Assembly (NCBI RefSeq): GCF_003315195.1
Contig: NZ_QNRV01000015.1
Coordinates: forward strand, 8,814 to 38,813
Reading direction: 5' to 3'
Length of the DNA: 30,000 nucleotides
Source: Sutterella wadsworthensis
GTDB lineage: Bacteria > Pseudomonadota > Gammaproteobacteria > Burkholderiales > Burkholderiaceae_F
Below are positions 7,658 to 15,365 of the stretch, in pieces. The translations under genes were made by a program, and so were the position numbers. The first letter of the stretch is position 1; every line of letters starts with the position of its first letter. Under the pieces are notes generated by a model. That model was not told the DNA's origin. It saw only the letters and a program-made list of their open reading frames with translations, and searched no databases.

Positions 7658-9021
7658 AATGACTCCTTGGGGTTCAGAAATTACGCAGCTTTACCCCAGA
7701 GCATCATGGTGAGATCTGAAGCTTTTGCCGCCGCTAAATAAACTAGATCATTTAAGGATTGAGCAGTTTTTGCTCGCACCGCATTTCGATCGATGCAAAT
7801 AGTGCTCTTCAAAAACAATCTTGACGAGAGCCATATTTGTTTTTCGTTTAAATTATCTTGCACGCGATGGCATGCTTCATCCCCGCTGACATTCGGTGAA
7901 ATGAGAGTATTCCTTTGTTTTACCTAGGTTTTCGCCAGACGAAACCTTTATTCAGGGAGCAAAATACGTCAGCTCGCCTCCGATCTCCCTCACCGGTTAG
8001 GGATCCATGCGGTTCAAGCCGCCGACCACTGCCAAGCACGTTCCAGTTCCCCCAAAGGCGCAGTACCGTCATCCCGCCGATCTAGTGTCAATTCCCCTGC
8101 AGTACTAGTTAATTGGGGCGGATTTCAGGCATTTTCAAACACTCGTCCGAAGGCGCTCCAAGCGCGTCCTCCCCTCCTTCAGAAGAGCCCATTTCACTTT
8201 GAAGGGCAGCTCAATTCCATCCTCCGTGCAAGATAGCCATCGGCGCCTGCAATATAGTTTCTTCGTATTTTGTTTATTTTTCAATTAATTAACAGAATTT
8301 CAGCCTGCTGAGCACTTTCGCCTTCCGTGCAGGAATCGAGCCTCTCAGTCGTTTACGAATCAAGCAGCGTCATTCTGTCGGCTGCCTGAGGCCCTGGAGT
8401 CTTTGGATTCACTTCGCCCCTCCCTCTATATAGAGATGCAGCTCCAGAGGGCGCCATCCCGCCCTCTTTAGAACCTATAAGACGTACGAACATCCCTCAC
8501 TGCTGCTGGCAGCATCCTCATCAAATCGAAGATAGATAAGGTAAACCAACGAGTTTTCAGTGAATTAGGGACGACCCGTCCGATTTGAACAGCCCTGCGC
8601 CGCTCGAGCCCAAAGGAGGCCCTCCCGCCGGTTCTGAAGCCCCTCATCAGGCTTGGGTCCCGGCTGGTCACCCCTCGGCCAAGCAAGATTGTCCAGTCCT
8701 CCATGCACGATTCGAGCTATTCAAGTCATTTTCGATCGTTCCTGCGCCGATACTGTTTTCCTTAATTTTCATAGCATTAAAAGCCTTTTAACTCGTCAGC
8801 CGGCGTTTCGGCTGTGCAGAAATATTGGCAAACAAAACATTTTCTTGCCTATCCAAAGGCTTTGCACATTTTGATAATTTCTCCTGTCCAAAGGAAGTAA
8901 TCCGACCGGCGAATAAAGCCAATTAAAAATGACTTTTAAAACCGCCGCGGATTAAACAATACAAATGTATTGAAGCAGACACCCTTTAATTTTCTCTTCA
9001 ATAAAACCGGAGAACGCTTTT
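7658..9021. other. 1364-bp ORF-poor divergent intergenic region between ydiQ and ydiN
   Basis: No ORF with a recognisable product or RBS is present, only four short ORFs of 60-78 aa. Stops are frequent in all six frames. GC is patchy: hand-counted 60-nt rows gave about 38-42% around 8221-8280 and 8881-8940, and about 67% around 8581-8640. Several hairpins and palindromes occur, including 8424-8435 CTCTATATAGAG and 8446-8467 AGAGGGCG-ccatcc-CGCCCTCT followed by TTT. Confidence 0.6.
8957..8972. promoter_or_regulatory. Candidate operator palindrome 50 bp upstream of ydiN
   Basis: CAATACA-aa-TGTATTG has perfect 7-bp arms and lies in AT-rich sequence just upstream of the ydiN RBS (GGAGAA at 9009-9014). 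Statistical support is weak, since about one such palindrome is expected by chance in a spacer this size. Confidence 0.3.
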
Positions 9022-10269
9022 ATGACTAAACCCAATTCCGCAGCGGGAAGCACATCGTTTCTCGTCGCGGCGATCGGCATCTACGTCGCGTACTTCCTGC
9101 ACGGTGCAAGCGTCATCGCACTCGCGCAGAACATGTCGGCTCTTGCAGAAAAATTCGCAACCGACAGCGCGGGCATCGCCTACCTGATTTCCGGCATCGG
9201 CCTCGGCCGTCTCGTCACCATCCTTTTCTTTGGTGCACTCTCAGACAAGTTTGGCCGCCGCTCGATGATCCTCCTCGGGCTCGTCCTCTACGTTCTCTTT
9301 TTCCTCGGCATCCCCTACAGCCCGAATCTCACCATTGCCTTCATTCTGGCTTTCTGCGTCGGTGCGGCCAATTCAGCCATTGACACCGGCGGCTATCCGG
9401 CCATGATCGAATGCTTCCCGAAGGCTTCGAGTTCCGCAGTCATTCTGCTCAAGGCCATGGTGTCCTTCGGTCAGATGCTCTATCCGATGTGCGTGAGCTT
9501 TCTCATGGTTTCGGGCCTCTGGTACGGCTGGGCCTTTATTGTCCCGGGCGCCATCCTGATCGTGCTCTCGCTCTTCATCATCAAGTGCCGCTTCCCCGGC
9601 ACGAGCGGCTCGGGCGCTGCCGGTGCGGATGTTCCGCAGATGCGCGCCAAGCCCAAGATGATGCTCGAAGGTTTGGTGGCGGTTGTCTTCGGCGTCTGCG
9701 CCTTCTCCACTTTCTACGTTGTCGCCGTCTGGATGCCGCGCTACGCCGCAGCCTTCGGCGGCATGACGGAAGCCGAATCGCTCACCACGATCTCCTACTA
9801 CTCCATCGGCTCGCTCGTCTGCGTCTTCGCCTTTGCCTACCTTCTGAAGAGCAAGGTGCGCTCCGTCTGGGCCATGACGCTCAACGGCCTCATCGCCTGC
9901 GTCGCATCTGCGGTTCTGTACCTCTACCCCTCGCCCTTCGTGTGCACGGCCGGCGCTTTCCTGATCGGCTTCTCAGCCGCTGGCGGCATCCTGCAGCTCG
10001 GCGTGGCTGTGATGGCGGAATTCTTCCCGGACAGCAAAGCCAAGGTGACCTCTGTCTACATGATGATGGGCGGCCTCGCAAACTTCGTCATCCCGCTCGC
10101 AACGGGCTACCTCTCGCAGATCAGCATCCGCTACGTGATTCTGCTCGACTTCGGTCTCGCGGTCCTTACATTCCTCTCGGCCATTTACCTCTTCAAGCGC
10201 TACTACGCGGTCTTCCGAATTCCGCAAAACGATCTGCGCTGGGGCGAACGCGCCGTCGCGAACAAATAA
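9022..10269 (+). CDS. ydiN: MFS transporter, YdiN-like (putative quinate/shikimate-related permease)
   Basis: It is a polytopic membrane protein of 415 aa. Stretches such as LAQNMSALAEKFATDSAGIAYLISGIGLGRL, FGALSDKFGRR, KASSSAVILLKAMVSFGQMLYPM and AKVTSVYMMMGGLANFVIPL closely match my recollection of E. coli YdiN. It sits directly upstream of ydiB-aroD, as in E. coli. Confidence 0.85.
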   Translation: MTKPNSAAGSTSFLVAAIGIYVAYFLHGASVIALAQNMSALAEKFATDSAGIAYLISGIGLGRLVTILFFGALSDKFGRRSMILLGLVLYVLFFLGIPYSPNLTIAFILAFCVGAANSAIDTGGYPAMIECFPKASSSAVILLKAMVSFGQMLYPMCVSFLMVSGLWYGWAFIVPGAILIVLSLFIIKCRFPGTSGSGAAGADVPQMRAKPKMMLEGLVAVVFGVCAFSTFYVVAVWMPRYAAAFGGMTEAESLTTISYYSIGSLVCVFAFAYLLKSKVRSVWAMTLNGLIACVASAVLYLYPSPFVCTAGAFLIGFSAAGGILQLGVAVMAEFFPDSKAKVTSVYMMMGGLANFVIPLATGYLSQISIRYVILLDFGLAVLTFLSAIYLFKRYYAVFRIPQNDLRWGERAVANK

Positions 10270-10405
10270 CCCCCCGTCAACATCTTTTCCAGGCTAAACG
10301 CCTAACGAATGCCGCGCTCGGGCGACGCCGGACACCCTCGTCAGAAGCTTGCTGCCTGACGCCCGGTGCGACATCCAATCACCTCTCTATCCAGGAGCAA
10401 TCAAA

Positions 10406-11269
10406 ATGGAAGTTACTGCTAAGTATGAACTGATCGGCCTCATGGCCTACCCCATTCGCCACAGCCTCTCGCCGACGATGCAGAACTGCGCCCTCGAAAA
10501 GATGGGCCTGCCGATCTGCTACATGGCCTTCGAGGTTGACAATGCAAGCTTCCCCGACGCCATCAAGGGTCTTCGTGCTCTGAAGATGCGCGGCACGGGC
10601 GTTTCCATACCCAACAAGCAGCTCGCCATCGAATACGTTGACGAACTCGATCCGGCCGCTGAACTCGCCGGCGCCATCAACACGATCGTCAATAAGGACG
10701 GCCGCCTGATCGGCTACAACACCGACGGTACGGGCCACCTCCACGGCATCAAGGAAACGGGCTTTGACCCGAAGGGCAAGACCATGGTTCTCGTCGGCGC
10801 CGGCGGCGCTGCCACGGCCATCGGCGCCCGCGCCGCTGTCGAAGGCTTCAAGGAAGTCAAGCTCTTCAACCGCAAGGACGAATTCTGGGAAGGCGCTCAT
10901 GCCTTTGCCAAGCGCGTCAATGAAAAGACCGACTGCGTCGTTACCGTTCACGACCTCGACGACACGGCCGCCTTCCGCGCTGCCATTGATTCCGCCGACG
11001 TGCTCACCAACGCCACCAAGGTCGGCATGAAGCCCCTGCACGAACTCTCCGTCGTGGGCGATGCCTCCTGGCTGCGTCCGGGCCTCGTCGTCTCGGAATG
11101 CGTCTACAACCCGCATATCACCAAGCTCCTCACGCAGGCCAAGGAAGCCGGCTGCACCACGGTCGACGGCTACGCCATGCTCCTTTGGCAGGGCTGGGAA
11201 CAGTTCAAGCTCTGGACGGGCGAAGACTTCCCGATCGAATACGTGAAGGAAAAGATGGGATTCAAGTAA
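10406..11269 (+). CDS. ydiB: Quinate/shikimate 5-dehydrogenase, NAD(P)-dependent (YdiB type)
   Basis: [27 protein letters not shown]...[12 protein letters not shown]...GYNTDGTGH...[12 protein letters not shown]...[12 protein letters not shown]...[18 protein letters not shown] is near-colinear with E. coli YdiB as I recall it. AGGAG lies 8 nt upstream of the ATG at 10406. The upstream extension of the track ORF (10349) is not credible. Confidence 0.92.
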   Translation: MEVTAKYELIGLMAYPIRHSLSPTMQNCALEKMGLPICYMAFEVDNASFPDAIKGLRALKMRGTGVSIPNKQLAIEYVDELDPAAELAGAINTIVNKDGRLIGYNTDGTGHLHGIKETGFDPKGKTMVLVGAGGAATAIGARAAVEGFKEVKLFNRKDEFWEGAHAFAKRVNEKTDCVVTVHDLDDTAAFRAAIDSADVLTNATKVGMKPLHELSVVGDASWLRPGLVVSECVYNPHITKLLTQAKEAGCTTVDGYAMLLWQGWEQFKLWTGEDFPIEYVKEKMGFK

Positions 11270-11420
11270 TCCAGATCAGCTCTCCAATCCGCGGATGTCT
11301 CCGAAGCAGCCTCTCAATGTGGGAAACTGCTTTCGGAGGCCCGCCGCTCCCACTCCATTCGAGCAGCCCGAGCGTCTGTGCTCGCTCCGCTCATCCCCCG
11401 CTGCATTCATCAATATCGTC

Positions 11421-12179
11421 ATGAAGACCGTTCAGATCAAGAACATCACCGTGGGCGAAGGCGCCCCCAAGATCATCGTTTCGCTTATGGCCAAGAATCT
11501 CGCCGCCGTGAAGTCCGAAGCTGCCGCCTACGCCGCTGCAGACTTCGACATTCTCGAATGGCGCGGCGACCACTTTGCTGCCGTCACCGATTCCGCCGCC
11601 GTTCTCGAAGCGCTCAAGACGCTGCGCGCCGCTTTCCCCGAAAAGCCCATTCTCTTCACCTTCCGCTCCAAGCACGAAGGCGGCGAAGCCGAACTGACGG
11701 CCGACGACTACATCGCCCTCAATATCGCCGTTGCGGAAACGGGCCTGGTCGATCTGATCGACCTCGAGCTCTTCACGGGCGACGAGCTCGTTAAGAATGC
11801 CATCGCCGCCGCCCACGCCCGCGGCGTGAAGGTGATCATGTCCAACCACGACTTCCACAAGACGCCGGCCAAGGACGAAATCATCTATCGCCTGCGCCGC
11901 ATGCAGGAGCTCGGCGCTGACATCCCCAAGATTGCGCTGATGCCCACCTGCCGCCAGGACGTCCTCACGGTGCTTTCTGCGACCGTCGACATGTCCGAAA
12001 AATACGCTGACCGCCCGATCATCACGATGAGCATGGGCAAGACCGGCGTGACGAGCCGTCTCACGGGCGAAGCCTTTGGCTCCGCTGCCACCTTCGGCGC
12101 CGTGAAGACCGCTTCCGCCCCGGGCCAGATCTCTGTGTCCGACCTGCGCACGGTCCTCACGATCATCAATAAGGCCTAA
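11421..12179 (+). CDS. aroD: 3-dehydroquinate dehydratase, type I
   Basis: [25 protein letters not shown]...[12 protein letters not shown]...[12 protein letters not shown]...[12 protein letters not shown]...IPKIALMP...[51 protein letters not shown] closely matches E. coli AroD, including the Schiff-base Lys context (PKIALMP). Confidence 0.93.
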   Translation: MKTVQIKNITVGEGAPKIIVSLMAKNLAAVKSEAAAYAAADFDILEWRGDHFAAVTDSAAVLEALKTLRAAFPEKPILFTFRSKHEGGEAELTADDYIALNIAVAETGLVDLIDLELFTGDELVKNAIAAAHARGVKVIMSNHDFHKTPAKDEIIYRLRRMQELGADIPKIALMPTCRQDVLTVLSATVDMSEKYADRPIITMSMGKTGVTSRLTGEAFGSAATFGAVKTASAPGQISVSDLRTVLTIINKA

Positions 12180-12191
12180 TCGGGCCAGCCT

Positions 12192-12237
12192 GGAAGTTCG
12201 CTCGGTCCGCCGACTCGAACTTCCGCCCCCTTTTTTT
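12192..12237 (+). terminator. Rho-independent terminator-like element after aroD
   Basis: GGAAGTTCG (12192-12200) pairs with CGAACTTCC (12216-12224), with an inner TCGG/CCGA extension. GCCCCC and then T7 (12231-12237) follow. A second perfect hairpin, CTGCCGC-cttt-GCGGCAG at 12246-12263, follows without a T-run. Confidence 0.55.
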
Positions 12238-12368
12238 AGGAACGACTGCCGCCTTTGCGGCAGCCGCCGGGGGCTGCATTGTCGCTCCAATCGCCGCCCC
12301 CCAATCCCCCGTTACGTTCCTTTGCCGCGCTGCTTTCGCCACGCGCGGTCACTCCGGAGACATCCCCC

Positions 12369-13961
12369 ATGACGTTTGCACGCCCGAAGCGCATCAACGG
12401 CCGAGTTCCCGTTCTCACGGCCGAAGAAGCTGTCAAGTACATTCCCGATGAATCCACCCTCTGCGTCCTCGGCGCCGGCGGCGGCATCCTTGAAGCCACG
12501 AAGCTCATTGAAGCCCTTGCTGAACGCTATAAGACCACGCAGACGCCGAAGAACATCGGCATCATCAGCCCGACGGGGCTCGGCGACCGCGCTGAACGCG
12601 GCATCAGTCCGATCGCTCAGGAAGGCCTCGTCAAGTGGGCGCTCTGCGGCCACTGGGGTCAGTCTCCGCGCATCTCCGAACTGGCCGAACAAAATAAGAT
12701 TTTTGCCTACAACTACCCCCAGGGCGTCCTCACGCAGATGCTGCGCGCTTCGGCCGCCCATCAGCCCGGCATTCTGAGTGAAATCGGTCTGGGCACCTTC
12801 GTTGACCCGCGCAATCAGGGCGGCAAGTTAAACGACATCACCAAAAAGGACCTGATCAGCCTCGTAAATCTCGAAGGCAAGGAATACCTCTACTACAAGA
12901 CCGTTGCGCCTAATGTGGCCTTCATCCGCGCCACGACCTGCGACAGCGAAGGCTACGCCACCTTCGAAGACGAAGTGATGTACCTCGACGCCCTCGTCAT
13001 CGCCGAAGCCGTCCACAACAACGGCGGCATCGTGATGATGCAGGTTCAGAAAATGGTGAAGAAGGCTACGCTGCACCCGAAGGCTGTCCGCATTCCGGGC
13101 TACCTCGTTGACATCGTGGTCGTTGATCCCGCCCAGACGCAGCTCTACGGCGGCGCGCCGGTCAACCGCTTCATCTCGGGCGACTTCACGCTCGACGACA
13201 GCGAACGCGTCAAGATCCCGCTCAACCAGCGCAAGGTTGTCGCCCGCCGCGCACTTTATGAAATGAAGAAGGGCGCCATCGGCAACGTGGGCGTCGGCAT
13301 TGCTGACGGCATTGGTCTCGTCGCCCGCGAAGAAGGCTGCGACGAAGACTTCGTGCTGACGGTCGAAACCGGTCCGATCGGCGGCATCACCACGCAGGGC
13401 GTCGCTTTCGGCGCCAACGTGAATACCCGCGCCATCCTCGACATGACCGCGCAGTTCGACTTCTACCACGGCGGCGGCCTTGACGTCTGCTACCTCTCCT
13501 TCGCTGAAGTCGACCAGCACGGCAACGTGAACGTCCACAAGTTCAACGGCAAGATCATGGGTACGGGCGGCTTCATCGACATTTCCGCCACGTCGCGCAA
13601 GATTGTCTTCTGCGGCACGCTGACCGCGGGCGGTCTGAAGACTGAAGTGGGCGAAGGCAGCCTGCGCATCACCCAGGAAGGCCGCGTCACGAAGTTCGTC
13701 GAAAGCCTTCCCGAAATCACGTTCAGCGGCAAGGTCGCTCTCGAACGCGGTCTCGATGTCCGCTACATCACCGAACGCGCTGTCTTCACGCTCAAGGAAG
13801 ATGGTCTGCACTTGATCGAAGTCGCTCCGGGCGTGGATATCGAACGCGATGTCTGCTCGAAGATGGCCTTCCGTCCGATCATCGACGAAAACCTCAAGAC
13901 GATGGATCCGTGCCTCTTCACGGACGCTGTGATGGGCTTCAAGCTCCCCGACGGCGAATAA
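12369..13961 (+). CDS. ydiF: Acyl-CoA:acetate/3-ketoacid CoA-transferase, fused alpha-beta type (YdiF-like)
   Basis: MTFARPKRINGRVPVLTAEEAVKYIPDESTLCVLGAGGGILEAT...HWGQSPRISELAEQNKIFAYNYPQGVLTQ...SEGYATFEDEVMYLDALV...ETGPIGG... is colinear with E. coli YdiF as recalled. GGAGA lies 8 nt upstream of the ATG at 12369. Confidence 0.9.
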   Translation: MTFARPKRINGRVPVLTAEEAVKYIPDESTLCVLGAGGGILEATKLIEALAERYKTTQTPKNIGIISPTGLGDRAERGISPIAQEGLVKWALCGHWGQSPRISELAEQNKIFAYNYPQGVLTQMLRASAAHQPGILSEIGLGTFVDPRNQGGKLNDITKKDLISLVNLEGKEYLYYKTVAPNVAFIRATTCDSEGYATFEDEVMYLDALVIAEAVHNNGGIVMMQVQKMVKKATLHPKAVRIPGYLVDIVVVDPAQTQLYGGAPVNRFISGDFTLDDSERVKIPLNQRKVVARRALYEMKKGAIGNVGVGIADGIGLVAREEGCDEDFVLTVETGPIGGITTQGVAFGANVNTRAILDMTAQFDFYHGGGLDVCYLSFAEVDQHGNVNVHKFNGKIMGTGGFIDISATSRKIVFCGTLTAGGLKTEVGEGSLRITQEGRVTKFVESLPEITFSGKVALERGLDVRYITERAVFTLKEDGLHLIEVAPGVDIERDVCSKMAFRPIIDENLKTMDPCLFTDAVMGFKLPDGE

Positions 13962-13997
13962 CTTTTTTTCGAATTCATTACTCAAGGAATACGCATC

Positions 13998-15152
13998 ATG
14001 GCAATCGATTTCACCATGACCGAAGAGCAGGAGCTCCTTCTTTCGAGCATCCGCGAACTCATCAACAACGAATTCCCGGAAGAATATTTCCGCACGCATG
14101 ACGAAGAAGGCAAGTATCCGCGTGAATTCGTGAAGGCCCTCGCCGAAAACGGCATTTCGCTGCTGGGCGTTCCGGAAGAGCACGGCGGCATCCCGGCCGA
14201 CTACGTCACGCAGATGCTCGCCATTATGGAAATCGCCAAGTGCGGCGCGCCGGCCTTCCTGATGACTAACGGCCAGTGCATGCACTCGATGATCCACTTT
14301 GGCTCGCCCGAGCAGCTTCGCCTCACGGCCGAAAGCACGTCCACCACGGGCGACCCCGCCTACTCCCTCGCTCTGACGGAGCCGGGCGCCGGTTCGGACA
14401 ACAACGCCGCGACCACGACCTGGGAACGCAAAGACGGCAAGATCGTGATCAACGGTCAGAAGACCTTCATCACGGGCGCTGCCGAATATCCCTACATGCT
14501 CGTTCTCGCCCGCGATCCGAAGTGCGAAGATCCCAAGCTCGCCTTCTCGCTCTTCTGGGTCGATGCCAAGGCCCCCGGCGTCAAGATCAACCCGCTCCAC
14601 AAGATCGGCTGGCATCTCGTGAGCACCTGCGAGGTGTATCTCGACAATGTCGTCGTTGAAGAAAAAGACATGGTCGGCGAAGAAGGCAAGGGCTTCCTCA
14701 ACGTCATGTACAACTTCGAAATGGAACGCCTGATCAACGCCTCGCGCTGCACGGGCTTTGCGGAATGCGCCTTTGAAGACGCCGCCCGCTACGCCAATCA
14801 GCGCATTGCTTTCGGCAAGCCCATCGGCTTTAACCAGATGATTCAGGAAAAGCTCGCGCTGATGAAGGTTAAGTGCATGAACATGCGCCACCTCGTCCTG
14901 AGCTGCGCCGTTCAGGCCGACCGCAAGGAATCCATGCGTGAAACCGCCGCGCTCGCCAAGCTCTACTGCGCCCGCACGGCCCTCGAGGTGATCGACGACG
15001 CCATCCAGATCATGGGCGGCCTCGGCTACACCAACGATGCCCGCGTCTCGCGTCTGTGGCGCGACGTCCGCTGCGAACGCATCGGCGGCGGCACCGACGA
15101 AATCATGATCTACATCGCCGGCCGTCAGATTCTGAAGGCCTTCCGCGACTAA
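13998..15152 (+). CDS. ydiO: Acyl-CoA dehydrogenase family protein (YdiO-like, putative enoyl-CoA reductase partner of the ETF)
   Basis: MAIDFTMTEEQELLLSSIRELINNEFPEEYFRTHDEEGKYPREF...LTEPGAGSDNNAATTT...GQKTFITGAAEYPYMLVLARD...RCERIGGGTDEIMIYIAGRQILK has acyl-CoA dehydrogenase signatures and closely matches E. coli YdiO as recalled. Confidence 0.9.
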   Translation: MAIDFTMTEEQELLLSSIRELINNEFPEEYFRTHDEEGKYPREFVKALAENGISLLGVPEEHGGIPADYVTQMLAIMEIAKCGAPAFLMTNGQCMHSMIHFGSPEQLRLTAESTSTTGDPAYSLALTEPGAGSDNNAATTTWERKDGKIVINGQKTFITGAAEYPYMLVLARDPKCEDPKLAFSLFWVDAKAPGVKINPLHKIGWHLVSTCEVYLDNVVVEEKDMVGEEGKGFLNVMYNFEMERLINASRCTGFAECAFEDAARYANQRIAFGKPIGFNQMIQEKLALMKVKCMNMRHLVLSCAVQADRKESMRETAALAKLYCARTALEVIDDAIQIMGGLGYTNDARVSRLWRDVRCERIGGGTDEIMIYIAGRQILKAFRD

Positions 15153-15227
15153 CAGCTGATTGATCTCTCTTTATCCGAAGCGCAGACCTGCCGATCCAAA
15201 CGCGAGGTCTTCGCACGGGACTTGACT

Positions 15228-15268
15228 GCCCATGAAGACTTGCTGTCTTCATGGGCTCTTTTTTCTTT
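15228..15268 (+). terminator. Strong rho-independent terminator of the ydiN-ydiO operon
   Basis: A perfect 12-bp stem GCCCATGAAGAC-ttgct-GTCTTCATGGGC is followed by TCTTTTTTCTTT. Confidence 0.85.
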
Positions 15269-15365
15269 GATGTTTATTGAGGCATTATTCATTGCCGCAC
15301 CGAGGAGCCAAAAGGCTCTGGCCCCTCGTGCAATGTTCGTCCCTAGTTTTGAAAAACGACGGATG

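Noticed and set aside
6083-7741. 552-aa ORF on the plus strand
   Set aside because: It is antisense to ydiR and ydiQ (ETF alpha and beta). The translation is Arg/Gly/Ala-rich nonsense with no RBS. It is a composition artefact.
7681-7863. 60-aa minus-strand ORF just upstream of ydiQ
   Set aside because: It has no RBS and an unremarkable sequence. It lies in the likely ydiQ promoter/5' UTR region.
8223-8334. Direct repeat TCCGTGCA(A/G)GA at 8223-8233 and 8324-8334, and the TCCAAAGG repeat at 8852-8859 and 8887-8894
   Set aside because: About a dozen exact 8-mer repeats are expected by chance in a 1.3-kb segment. They are not significant without comparative support.
8468-8874. Three overlapping short ORFs (78, 68 and 73 aa) in the GC-rich block of the long spacer
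   Set aside because: They have no Shine-Dalgarno sequences and no recognisable motifs. They overlap each other on both strands, which is what an isolated GC-rich patch produces by chance. I kept them only as part of the spacer finding.
9411-10433. 340-aa plus-strand ORF rich in Arg/Leu/His
   Set aside because: It is an alternative frame of ydiN that runs into the ydiN-ydiB spacer. The sequence is Arg-rich and not protein-like. The ydiN frame has clear MFS features.
12828-14891. 687-aa open reading frame on the minus strand
   Set aside because: It lies entirely antisense to ydiF and ydiO, both of which have compelling homology. Its translation is low-complexity (Ala/Gly/Arg/Val/Asp-rich) with no motifs. 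This is the typical stop-poor antisense frame of GC3-rich genes.
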